Part shown: positions 51,801-64,000 of the stretch, in pieces
Numbering within the stretch: position 1 is the stretch's first letter
Layout of the letters: each line of letters opens with the position of its first letter
Assembly (NCBI RefSeq): GCF_964204645.1
Contig: NW_027437434.1
Location: 62,001 to 126,000 of the forward strand
Source: Tubulanus polymorphus
Lineage: Eukaryota; Animalia; Nemertea
DNA: 64,000 nt
Direction: 5' to 3'
Made by a program: the position numbers and the translations under genes
The notes under the pieces: model-generated
Database searches by the model: none
Told to the model about the DNA's origin: nothing
Seen by the model: the letters and a program-made list of their open reading frames with translations, nothing else

Positions 51801-54423
51801 TAGGCCAGCCGTAGGCTGAGCCTATTACTATACAAATGGAGCGAATTTAAATGACATTGTTTCCACACAAAAGGCTCTTTTGCTTGCCAAGTGAGGGCAT
51901 ATTCGAACGAATCACGTATTTAAGCGTAATCCATTCTCGGAATCGTAGCGAGCAGAATTTTGAAATAGGCTTTCATAAAAATGTTTTCTGCATTTTTCAC
52001 GAAAATAAAATCGGGAAAATTTCAATTTTTATCAGCCAATCAGGAAGTTGTGTCTTCCCTGTGATTGGTTTATCTAAAAATATCAGCAGCTGTTCACGTG
52101 AATTATCGTGATTTCATTACTGGCGCTTTTGCGCATGACGTCATGTATCAACACGCGACAATACTTCCTTGTTCGCTACGTGTTCGCTGATTGGCCCATT
52201 TACTGGGAAATTCCACAGAAGCCTAATGTGGTTTGTTACAAGCGCTGTGATTGGCCCGACCTGATTCTGGCACGGCTTTAGCTTAGTGGGTTCGAATCCC
52301 TTGACGGGAGAAGATGATGGATCCTATCGATGCTATCAACAAATAAGTTTCCCGGTTGGGCAGCTGCGGATATCTACCGAAAGTGTTGCGGTTCGATATT
52401 TCGAGGTTTCTTTGAATTTTGGAGTGATATTGAAATCGGGTAAACACCGGCGGTAGATTGTGGTGAAAACCCATTGCTTGATATTTGTACTACTTAATCA
52501 ACGAAAAGCGTCGGGACCGCGCCAGGAGTTTTCGCGATTCAAGTAGCTCAATAGCCTACTTCTTCGTGTTCGTCCACCTCCGCAATTTTCACTCCGCCGA
52601 TCTCTGACACGGCTCTGTCGCCGTCGGCGCTGTGATTATTACTATTATTACTATTCGTACCACCAAAATTTTTTATTTCTATATCAGGGAGGTCTGGAGA
52701 ATAAAAAAGTCAAAATTTGGATATCACATTGGCCTGATTTCATCGAATAAGTCGACCATGGTTGTTACGTTTCCGTACGAATTACCACCAAAACCGTCTG
52801 AACAATTTTGTCACAACCAACATTTCGTTTACAGAAATCAGGTGCTCACGTGAACCCGCGGTATCGTCTATTGTTTTACTTCCGGGTTTTATTTTAAGAT
52901 TTAAAATCGTATTTCAAGATCGATTTCTTTATTTTAGTCTTTAGTTGATTTGGTGTTTGGGAGGAATTTTTATTTGCTCTACAGAAAATTCATCCTTGAC
53001 AATTGCGCAAGGTTCGCAAAAAATTGCTTTTCCCAAATCGAGTGTATGAACTTGATATGCTAATTAGCCATGTGCTCGAATTGCAAATTCAATCAAATTT
53101 TATTCTGCAAAAAAAATGTTAAATCCAATTCGCTTTCCGAGAGTTAATGGTATGCTGCATGGAACAAAGTTGTTCTGAGATGGGTCTTGAAGCTATTGAG
53201 TCGAGAGATAACCATCTAGATAGTTCGTGAGAGTTCCAAAGTTTTGAAGACGCTTCAAGGTAATGTCTTGATATTTGGTTTATACGTGTATCTACCCTAG
53301 ACACATCTTCAGGCCAAAAACCGGCCCTGTCAGATTCAAGATGGCCGACTGGCAGCCATTGTTGTTCGCCAAAAACAGCACTTTTTACACATTTTAGAAG
53401 TTTTCGAGGGGAATTTTGAAGACACTTTTATCAATAACCTTGATCATTCGTATATATTTGTATCCCCCAAGGGCCCATCGGCATGAGAAAAATTGGGTCG
53501 ATCGGACTCAAGATGGCCGTCCTGTGACCTTTTTTGTTCCCAAAAATGTTAATTTTGGCCTGAATTCTGAGTCCTGTAGCTTTCTAATGGTGTGCCATTT
53601 TTCATTGCAATTTGTAATGGGTATTCTTTGGAAAAGGATCTTTTATATCCGAGAGGGTATTTTTGACCAGGCAATTATGACGCAATTGGCGGCCATCGGC
53701 ATGAGAAAAATTGGGTCGATCGGACTCAAGATGGCCGTCCTGTGACCTTTTTTGTTCCCAAAAATGTTAATTTTGGCCTGAATTCTGAGTCCTGTAGCTT
53801 TCTAATGGTGTGCCATTTTTCATTGCAATTTGTAATGGGTATTCTTTGGAAAAGGATCTTTTATATCCGAGAGGGTATTTTTGACCAGGCAATTATGACG
53901 CAATTGGCGGCCATCTTGGGGTCATCAGTACTCATTCGTAGGTGGAAAAAAAGTTTAGCCACATCATTTTGATACTTAAGCATATTTTGCTACCATAATT
54001 AATTGGAAAGTTGTAGCTCATGACATGTTCTATGATTGAGGTGAGTTTCAAGCTCAGTGGTTTTTGTTTATGGCCACCAGGGGGCGTTGAACATTACAAT
54101 AACTTAGTATTTCTATATTACATTCGTAGCTATGCATATTTTGCTACCATAATCAATTGGAAAGTTGTAGCTCATGACATGGTCTATGATCTTGGTGAGT
54201 TTCAAGCTCATTGGTTTTTGTATATGGCCACCAGGGGCGTTGAACAATACAATAACTTAGCATTTCTATATTACATTCGCTCCTGCTGTCTGTGTTAACA
54301 CACGATTGTACTATGTAAATGACATTGAGCAGGGAGTGTATATTGATAAATATAACCCACAGATTACATCATTTATAAAAAGCAAATCTGACAGGCTGGC
54401 CATTGTGCCCCTTGGGGCTCTTG
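51801..54423 (+). mobile_element. Composite Helentron/HINE-like element (family A ends, family B interior, 221-bp tandem duplication at about 53470-53915)
   Basis: aggccagccgtaggctg start; ggctggcc...gccccttggggc end; inserted in a satellite T run. Confidence 0.7.
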
Positions 54424-55181
54424 GTTTGGTTTTGTCGCCCGCAACAATTCAATATTTTGGTTTAGTCGCCCGCGACAATTCAATATTTTGGTTTTGTCGC
54501 CGGCGATATAATTCATTAATTTTGTTTTATCGCCCGCGACAATTCAATATTTTGGTTTTATCGCCCGCGACAATTCATTATTTTGGTTTTATCGCCCGCG
54601 ACAATTCATTATTTTGGTTTTGTCGCCCGAGACAATTCATTATTTTGGTTTAATTGCCCGCGACAATTCAATATTTTGGTTTTATCGCCCGCGATAATTC
54701 ATTATTTTGGTTTTATCGCCCGCGACAATTCATTATTTTGGTTTTATCGCCGGCGACAATTCAATATTTTGGTTTTATCGCCCACGATAATTCATTATTT
54801 TGGTTTTATATTTTGTTTTTATCGCCCGTGCCAATTTTTTTTTGGTTTTGTCGCCCGCGTCAATTCAATATTTTGGTTTTATCGCCCGCGACAATTCATT
54901 ATTTTGGTTTTGTCGCCCGAGACCATTCATTATTTTCGTTTTATCGCCCGCGACAATTCATTATTTTGGTTTTGTCGCCCGCGACAATTCATTATTTTGA
55001 TTTTGTCGCCCGCGACGATTCAATATTTTGTTTTTGTCGCCCGAGACGATTAATTAGTTTGGTTTTGTCGCCCGCGACAATTCAATATTTTGGTTTTATC
55101 GCCCGCGACAATTCATTAGTTTGGTTTTGACGCCCGCGACAATTCAATATTTTGGTTTTGTCGCCCGCGACAATTATTTTT

Positions 55182-56425
55182 CAGTCCACTTGGGACTTTA
55201 GTCCCAGCGGGCTATTGCGTTCACTTTTCATCCGTCCGTCCGTCCATAGACGGAATCCAGTTATTTTGGGAAGTTTTGAAGACGCTTCAAGGTAATGTCT
55301 TGATATTTGGTTTATACATGTATCTACCCTAGACACATCGTCAGCCCAAAAACTGGCCCAGTCAGATTCAAGATGGCAGCCATTGTTGTTTGCCAAAATC
55401 AGCACTTTTTAAACATTTTCGAAGTTTTCGTGGGAAATTTTGAAGACGCTTTGATCAATTACCTTGATCTTTCGTTTATATTTGAATCTACCAAAGGCCC
55501 ATCAGCATAAGAAAATTGGGTCGATCTGACTCAAGATGGCCGTCCTATGACCTTTTTAGTGCCCTAAAATGTCAATTTTGGCCAGAATTCTAGGTTACGT
55601 AGCTTCCTACTGGTTTGCCATTTCTCATTGCAATTGCTGATGGGTATTCTTTAGAGAGGGATGTTTTATACCTGGGACAGGTATCTTTGATCAGCCAATT
55701 ATTACGCAATTGGCGGCCATCTTGGTGTCATCAGTACTCATTCGTAGGTGGGAAAAAGTTTTTCCTCATTAAATTGATACCTAAGCATATTGTGTTACTA
55801 TATTCGATTGGAAAGTTGTAGCCCATAACGTGTTCTATGATTTTGGTGAGTTTCAAGGTCATTGGTTTTTGTATGTGGCCATCAGGGGGCGTTGAATAAT
55901 ACAATAACTTAGTATTGCTATATTTGTACCAAGGCATATTTTGTTACCATGATCAATTGCAAAGTTGTAGTTCATTACATCGTCTATGATTGTGGTGAGT
56001 TTTTAAGGACATTAGTTATTCCATATAGTCACCAGGGGGCGTTGAATAGTAGAATGGCTTAGCATTTCCTTATTAGATTGGTACCTAGGCATATTTTGTT
56101 ACTATGATCAATTGCAAAGTTGTATTTTATGACATGTACTACGATTGGGGTGAGTTTTAAGGTCATTGGGTTTTGCATATGGTCACCAGGGGGCGTTGAA
56201 TAGTAGAATAACTTAGTATTTCCATATTAAATTGGTAACGAGGCATATTTTGTTATCACCATCGATTACAAAATCATAGCTGCTCATATGTTCTATGATT
56301 GTGGTGGGTTTCAAGGTCATTGGTTTTTGTATATGGTCACTAGAGGGCGTTATGTATTGAAATTGTTAGATTGTTGAGCATTTGAAACCACTTCTTCAGT
56401 GAGCATGGTGTCCCTGGACCCCTAG
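55182..56425 (+). mobile_element. Helentron/HINE-like element (family B) inserted in the satellite
   Basis: Same ends and internal ~150-bp array as 5242-7427. Confidence 0.75.
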
Positions 56426-56717
56426 TTTGGTTTTGTCGCCCGCGAAAATTCATTATTTTGGTTTTGTCGCCCGCGACAATTCATTTTTTTGGTTTTGTCG
56501 CCCGCGACAATTCAATATTTTGGTTTTATCGCCAGCGACAATTGATTATTTTGGTTTTATCGCCCGCGACAATTGATTATTTTGGTTTTATCGCCCGCGA
56601 CAATTAATTTTTTTGGTTTTGTCGCCCACATTATTAGCTTTTGAATAATTAGGCCAATTAATAACGTAATAAAGAATCATGCTTTCGCCTATTTTGAAGT
56701 CGATTAATCTGATATAG

Positions 56718-57133
56718 TACGGAAGCGATAAAGGGCCTCGAGTTGTCGCGTTCAAACTCGACAAGTCGCCATATTTATGTCGATTTATCGCGATATATCG
56801 TGTCAAGTTCACATGAATATGTCTACATATCGTCACGTTTTCACGACAAATTTCGCTTATTTGCTCATTTTCCACGGGACAAGCCGTCATTTGAAGACAT
56901 GTCTAAATGTAAGATGAGGACGCCAGTAATATGACGACTGAGTTTCAAGTCGTCATGAATATGTCGACTTGTCTTGAGGAAAATGGTTGAGAAAACGAAA
57001 TATGTCGTCAAAACGTCACGATATATCGACATATTCATGTCGACTTGACGCGATATATCGCGGTATGTCGACAATAATATGGCGACTTGTCGAGTTGGAA
57101 CGCGTCATCTCGAGGCCCCTTATCGCTTCCGTA
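56718..57133. mobile_element. Palindromic MITE, TACGGAAGC TIRs, TSD gatatag
   Basis: gatatag|tacggaagcgataa...ttatcgcttccgta|gatatag. Partial copy at 57230-57385. Confidence 0.85.
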
Positions 57134-57923
57134 GATATAGTGTCGAATATTAAGGTCATTTTGGCAGATTCTTTTTTTTTTAAAGTGATATTAAAGCGAT
57201 CATTCAAGTGATCCTACTTAATGAAAGATCTACGGAAGCGATAAAGGGACTCGAGTTGTTGCGTTACAACTCGACAAATCGCCATATTTATGTCGATATA
57301 TCGCATCAATTCGACATGAATATGTCGACATATCGTGACGTTTTGACGACTTGAAACTCAGTCGTCATATCACTGGCGTCCTCATCTTTCAGCAACGCCA
57401 GTCACATTGAGTCGTACGTGTTCTACTTTCTGCGACGCGACACGACTGTCACAACCAACCGACGCGCTCTTGCGACTGGCAGAAACTAGTCGCACACAAT
57501 CGTATTGCAAGCGACTTGCATCGAAACTTGCGATGCAACGCGAGGATCGCATCGTGTCACAAGAACAACCTACGTCTGGCTTTAAGTTACTGCGGAGCAC
57601 CAGAAATATCTTTTTTTTTTCGTTCAAAAGACCTTTCGTTTGAAAATTCTTTCGTCGGAACAAAATCTATTTCGTTCGAACCAATAATATTCTATACAAT
57701 TGAACCAATTTGAAAAAATCGTTAGAACAAAGTTGAACAAACTTTTTTTTTGTCCAAACGAAAGGTTTTTCATTCCAACAATCATTCAATTGAACAGAAT
57801 CGTTTTAATTTGAACAGAATTTTCTTGTCAGAACATTAAGTTTTTCGTTCGAACAAGTATATTGAAAAAAGTTTTTTCTCCGAACCGAAAGTATTAAGTA
57901 TTTCGTTCAATCGAACAGAATTG

Positions 57924-58349
57924 TACGGAAGCAATAAAGGACCTCGAGATGTCGCGTTCCAACTCGACAAGTCGCCATATTTATGTCGACATACCGCGAT
58001 ATATCGCGTCAAGTCGACATGAATATGTCGATATATCGTGACGTTTTGACGACATATTTCGTTCTCTCAACCACTTTCCTCGCGACAAGTCGACATATTC
58101 GTGACGACTTGAAACTCAGTCGTCATATTACTGGTGTCCTCATCTTACATTTAGACATGTCTTCAAATGACGGTTTGTCCCGTGGAAAATGGGCGAAAAA
58201 GCGAAATTTGTCGTGAAAACGTCACGATATGGCGATATATTCATGTCGACTTGACGCGATATATCGCGATATATCGCGGTATGTCGACATAAATATGACG
58301 ACTTGTCGAGTTGGAACGCGACATCTCGAGGCTCCTTATCGCTTCCGTA
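57924..58349. mobile_element. Second copy of the palindromic MITE, TSD gaattg
   Basis: gaattg|tacggaagc...gcttccgta|gaattg. Confidence 0.85.
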
Positions 58350-59791
58350 GAATTGTTTTCATTCAAACATTCGTTCGAAAAAAATTGTTTTCGCTCAACC
58401 AAATTTTTTTTCATTTCAACAATAACATAGCTTTTCATTCGAACACATTTTTTGTCAGAATGAAGAAGATTTTTGGTTCAAGCAAAATATTAACAAAATT
58501 AACAAATTTATTACCGAAAGATTGCACATTCTGTCGCGGTTTTTAAAAACTAATTCTAACAGTAACCCATTTTCCTCATCAAATTATATTACTGGTACAC
58601 AGGAAATTTACTACTTTAGATTTTAAAAGCACTGTCGAGCCGTAAACATCGACAAATTGACGTGTGTCACTACATCGTCGTTCCGGGAATCAGCCGCGAG
58701 TTTCTCCTCATTCTGAGAATCAAATCGAGTACAAATTAATTTATTACTACCAGTGATTTGGCTGCGGGCGTCAAGCAGTTAATTTAGCAATACCTATTTT
58801 TCTTTACCAAATTTACCGTGTTTTTACTAAGATAAATCATAAGTGTACCGGGGAGTCGTAGGCCTTAACTAAACACGCCGAAGAGATATAGCGGAGAAAA
58901 GCTGTTATGTCGACGAGGTATCAAAATAAAAGAATATATTACTTTATTCGGCCGCGGCCTTCTATATCAATACCATCAATACTCTATATTTCCTACAGTA
59001 CATACCGATCATTGTCAAATCCACAAGGTATTTACTGAATACAAGTATATACCACACTCCTATCCGTATGCTGGACTCACACTTGACATTCGGAGTAAGC
59101 GTTCGCAGTGGGGGAAAGGAGATCGTTCGCTGTGTCGCTTGAAGTGTTTATCGAGTTTTACGCGACCTTAAAGCTTTAGTATGGTGGCTGATAAGTTGAA
59201 AAAACACGAATATGCAAATAAGGGCGACATTACGACAAAACGACAAAACTAAAATAACGCGAGAAAACAATGATTTTGACTTTATCACCCACGACAATTC
59301 ATTGCTTTGGTTTTATCGCCAGCGACAATGCATTATTTTGGTTTTGTCGCCCCCGACAATTCTTCTTTTTGGTTTTGTCGCCCGCGACAATTCATTATTT
59401 TGGTTTTATATTTTGTTTTTGTCGCACGCGAAATTTTTCTTTTTTGGTTTTGTCGCCCACGACAATTCATTATTTTGGTTTTATGTTTTGTTTTTGTCAC
59501 TGCAATTCATTACTTTGGTTTTATCTCCAGCGACAATTTTTTTTTTGGTTTTGTCGCCCGCGACAATTCAATATTTTGGTTTTGTCGCCCGCGACAATTC
59601 AATATTTTGGTTTTGCGCCCGCGACAATTCAATATTTTGGTTTTATCGCCCGCGATAACTCATTGTTACGTTTTTATCGCCCGCGACAATTCATTATTTT
59701 GTTTTTATATTTTGTTTTTGTTGCCCGCGACAATTCATTATTTTGGTTTAATCGCCCGCGACAATTCAATATTTTGGTTTTATCGCCCGCG

Positions 59792-59969
<178 letters not shown>

Positions 59970-59993
59970 CCTGGTCTCATAATTCAATTTCAG

Positions 59994-61440
59994 CCGACTC
60001 CGTGAAGAAAAGACACAGTTTGGCCGAGCTATGAAAACCCCTGCATCTGGAAGTGGACGGAAAGCACCAACTCCAAGACTAGAGTGCATTGAAAAGCAAT
60101 TAACGTTCTTGTCTCCTCATATGAAGCATAGAGATACACAGTCAAATTTCGAGGTAAAAAATTTAAATGCCATTATTTTATTACAAATGATTTTCACACG
60201 ATATTATAAGTAAAAACGTTTCCATTACGTAAGTCATATGAAAAGTAAATAGAGTTCTACATGTATTTCTTAAACCATGCTATCTTGCCAACTCACAGAA
60301 CCTTCATTCATAAAATATTCAATTAAGGAAAGCCGTTTTTCTTTTGCTTGCACACTACTAAAGTTACTATGTGGTAAGCCAACTGATTGCAATATGTCAT
60401 CAGTTCTCCATTCGCCATCTGACCAGATACGACTTTCCGTGTCTTCGCTATCTATGAGTCCTTGGTGCGTGTAGACAGGGTCCCCAAGATTTCTCAAGAA
60501 ATTGTGGAGAACACATGCGGCGAGTACTATTGTCTCAACGCGGTCAGGTTGAAGGCACATTCTGCTCAAGAACACACGAAATTTCTGGCACAAGATCCCA
60601 AAGGCGTTTTCGACAACACGTCTTGCTCGTGACAGCCTGTAGTTATATATCCTTTGCTCTATAGTCATATTATGGAACGGATATGGTTTCATTATGTAGT
60701 CCTTTAAAGGAAAGGCATCATCAGCAAGTATATGATACGATAGCTCTTTCTCACTGTCTGGCAATTGAGATTTCTTTGGAATGTTGAGAAGTCTCTGTTC
60801 AAGTGCTTCAGCTAGTGAACATGTATTGAACACTCCGCCATCAGATATGCGACCGTTACAACCCACATCAACATAAACGAATTTATAGTCCGCATCGACT
60901 AGGGCCATCAATACAATGCTAAAAAACTTTTTATAGTTATAATACACCGATCCCGAGTTTTTAGGTGCATTAACAGCAATGTGCTTTCCATCAATTGCAC
61001 CAATGGTATTCGGAAAGTTCCACTTTTCATCGAACTTATCAGGAATTTTCTTCCATTCATCTTCTGTTTGTGGCATCTGCAATAAAAAATTTAATTGATA
61101 AATTACTTTATATTTCAGCTTGATGAACCTATATCTGACAATGAAATTGACATTGAAAACGACGACTCCAGTGAAAGATCTTTTAGTCGATGTAGTACAC
61201 CCGCTCCATGTACTAGTAATGCAGAGTCTAGTATACCGCGAGCATCAACGCCATCACAGGAAACTAAACGGAAAAATGCTGGACCAAATAAACGCAAATC
61301 ACAAACGGATACGAGGAGCAGTCAGGATGTTTTGGAATCTATTACACATTCATTAGCACGTCCAATTGAAGTGTCTACTCCAATTGTTCAGAAGTCGTCA
61401 GAAGACCAGGCACTAGGACATTTGTGGGAAATTGTAGAAA
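59994..61440 (+). pseudogene. Harbinger-associated MADF/Myb-like gene remnant (exons 59994-60153 and 61119-about 61440)
   Basis: [21 protein letters not shown]...[19 protein letters not shown], then gtaaaa...tttcag, then LDEPISD in phase 0. Resembles a MADF C-terminal segment plus acidic/Ser-rich linker. Confidence 0.65.
60270..61076 (-). CDS. PIF/Harbinger transposase (DDE_Tnp_4, HARBI1-like), 3' exon
   Basis: WNFPNTIGAIDGKH, YYNYKKFFSIVLMA, GRISDGGVF, LADDAFPL, YNYRLSRARRVVENAFGIL; ttgcag acceptor at 61077. Confidence 0.93.
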   Translation of the reverse strand: MPQTEDEWKKIPDKFDEKWNFPNTIGAIDGKHIAVNAPKNSGSVYYNYKKFFSIVLMALVDADYKFVYVDVGCNGRISDGGVFNTCSLAEALEQRLLNIPKKSQLPDSEKELSYHILADDAFPLKDYIMKPYPFHNMTIEQRIYNYRLSRARRVVENAFGILCQKFRVFLSRMCLQPDRVETIVLAACVLHNFLRNLGDPVYTHQGLIDSEDTESRIWSDGEWRTDDILQSVGLPHSNFSSVQAKEKRLSLIEYFMNEGSVSWQDSMV

Positions 61441-61758
61441 CAATTGCGAAAATTAATCATGCTATCACGTCTGCTGTGTTTATGTTTATCGTTATGTTTA
61501 TCGTATTCTTGCTTTACGTCGTTCGGATAAAATAACCATAGCTCAAGGCCTTTCATATAATATGTTCAATTGCGGTAAAATATCATTTTTCAATAGATTT
61601 TTGAAAGGCCTCTATCGTATCAGTATCACACGCGGACAAAACGGGGGGCCGGGGAGGCCTGGAATGAAAGCCTACAGCCAGGCTTGTCCGTGCAAAGCGT
61701 GTCGCAATTTCTTCATCACACAGGTCAGACACATCATATTCATTTTATATTGTTGTAG

Positions 61759-63430
61759 GAATGAATCTAATATCCAAGTCGTTAACGGTGGAGAACTACG
61801 TTCTACAGATATATACGCGACGTATTCGGAGGGTTGCTTCAGTCGAAATGTTATTCCACGATCCAACGCCGAAATAGGAAAATTTATTAGATGTATATAT
61901 CCGTTTGTGGAACACAAGAAACTATACGTCGGAGGAAAAGTCTGCAACGGTTACCTGAATGTCTCTTGGCGACCGAAGATGTATGAAACTATATCGGATC
62001 TTAACGAATTGGGGACTTTGTTTCCAAACGCGATATTCTTGAAAACGTCTTTTACTTCAACTAAAGTAATTTTGCCGAGTGGAATGGCGGTAAATGATAT
62101 ACCCGTCAATCGAGAAATTGTGTTCGATTTTCATGAAATGGTCTATCGCGTATACGTCAGGACTCGTGAACTCGATCTAAAAAAATTGTACATGTCATCG
62201 AAATTCAAAATGGATAAATCTGTTTCAAATATCTTGAACCTATGTACGAAAATTAAATTGTGCATTGGAAAGGTAAAACCGAACCGTTCAATCGTAAGGA
62301 ATATGTATGTTGAAAATGTTATGTGCAATGGTCAGTCCGCAATCGTCTGCGTTCGATCGAAAAACTGTGCGAGGGCTGTACCTTTTAACAGCGGAAAACT
62401 GACCGTCTCGTGCAAACCATGCCGTGATATCGTTCTGTGTGAACCGTTTGAAAATGTTTGAAGACGCCTACGAGTGGGACCGTCGAAACGCCGTACAGGT
62501 CCATAGGCATCTGTCACGGGAACATATCTATCTAAACGGAGCCAGTAAAATGCGGAATCATCTTGCCGAACAAGTACTGGATGTAGATATGCTACAATTG
62601 TTCATGGAGTATCAGGTACGTGTACTTAAAGCTCTTTTTAGGGGTTTTAAAATGGAAGGTAACAGGAAAAAAATTAAAATATATTTTTTTTAATCATTTG
62701 AATATTTTCCACATAGAACTTCGGAATGAATCCTGGAAAAAATTTAAAAGGAGTAAAAATTGTGATGAACTTGATTCAAATGATGGGAGAAATGAAAAAA
62801 AAACTAACTTTTTTGCAAATCACGAGATTGAAAATTAAGAAGAGAAAATCAAGACGCACATAAAAAATTACTCTAAGTTATAAAAAACGGCCTTACTATT
62901 TGCTAAATATACGAATTTAATTGATATTTTATTGCCTTTCAAAATATTTTTTCAGGGAAGTCTCGGGGAAGAAGGCGGTAAGCTGAACGGGTGCATCGAG
63001 ATACTCCGACAGACATCGTTGCTGGTGAAAATATTCCGCGATTCCAGATGCATTAAAGACACCAACGACGAGAGATTAACGCAACTAGAAGGGGTTCACA
63101 ATTGGTTCCTTTCATGGGAAAAATCGGTGTTGGAGAGTGACATAAATGACGGAGAAAAAAAGAAGAAACACCTGTCTTACCAGTGCAGAGATGATCTGAA
63201 ATCAGCCATTTTGGGATTCATATCACTATGCAAGGACAGGTATAGGTTTAGCAATTTACGTAACTACATTTTTCTCATTAAATCAAACAATCATTACTTT
63301 TCCTTCACTTTTTAGATTACAATACAACCCCATAAATCCAGGACGACTTAACAGCGAGAGTATAGAGAATCATTTTTGCCAGCAACGGGGCTTCAATGGT
63401 AACAAGACTAACCCGACATATGCCGTTTAC
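61759..63430 (+). pseudogene. P-element/THAP9-like transposase remnant, spliced and internally deleted
   Basis: SKMRNHLAEQVL (about 62545), exon 62956-63238, and RLNSESIENHFCQQRG..NPTY (63316-63420). GT-AG introns 62617-62955 and 63239-63315. Confidence 0.7.
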
Positions 63431-63544
63431 CAGAAATCAGAGAATACATTAATTCTGTGTCAACATACCATATCAAAAAAGGCAAATGCATCAAACGGAA
63501 AACGTCAAGCAGATCCATACATTTTCGATGGGAAGATACGAAAA

Positions 63545-63985
63545 CCCAAATTACAATCCTGTGTTTAAAGGTTAACTGCCAGGTTTTTGATGTAAATGCC
63601 ATGTTGCCTGGATCATCGTAAAGCATATTTATAACAGGCGGTAGTTGAAGGAAATCACCTACGTGGATGAAATAAATGCAAATGATATTATTCATGATTT
63701 CATGAGCCATTTCATTATGCTTTGTACCAAAAATTCATGTTAGTACCTGAAACAATAATCTGTATACCCCCAAACGGGCGTTTGTTTCCTCGGACTTGTC
63801 TTATTGTTTTCTCTAATAACGTAAATATTCGAGATGAGATCATTGATATTTCATCAATAAACAAGAGATCACAGGTGCATATAATTTCTTTCTTCTTTTT
63901 TTCCCATCCCCCGTCATCAGCTGTTGCGTTACTTCATCTGCACTGTATCTACCATCAAGGATAGCGGCCCAACTAAAAAAACATC
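63545..63985 (-). pseudogene. PIF1-family helicase remnant (two exons)
   Basis: SWAAILDGRY...LLFIDEISM...RPFGGIQIIVS, intron 63659-63746, then GDFLQLPPV. Confidence 0.85.
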
Positions 63986-64000
63986 CGAAACACCGTGAAT

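Noticed and set aside
52270-52310. ggttcgaatccc B box, possible tRNA
   Set aside because: No cloverleaf; it lies inside a composite repeat.

Overview
This is AT-rich, repeat-dense animal genomic DNA, probably from a marine invertebrate (lophotrochozoan-like; taxon not determinable from the sequence). 1-30.7 kb holds the 3' half of a beta-arrestin gene on the + strand. Its long introns are filled with MITEs, Helentron-type elements and a Penelope fragment that carries a hammerhead ribozyme. The gene has two paralogous 73-nt exons (2582-2654, 4158-4230) that look mutually exclusive. About 36.3-50.0 kb is a decayed endogenous Polinton/Maverick (adintovirus-like) virus with major capsid protein, packaging ATPase, integrase-chromodomain, protein-primed PolB and several accessory genes; no terminal repeats are visible. 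Inside it, between PolB and the integrase block, lies the most striking feature: a GC-rich ~290-nt non-coding segment (46173-46461). It folds on the + strand into a multi-helix RNA whose non-Watson-Crick pairs are G-U, with a cUUCGg tetraloop and two long hairpins whose loops both begin with the self-complementary GGCGCC. It has a TATA box at about -31 and ends in TTTT, and is a candidate virus-encoded structured ncRNA. 50-60 kb is a 31-bp satellite broken by nested transposons. 60-64 kb holds a Harbinger remnant (transposase exon nested in an intron of its MADF gene), a P-element-like transposase remnant and a PIF1-like helicase remnant. All calls come from manual reading; no database searches or folding programs were run.
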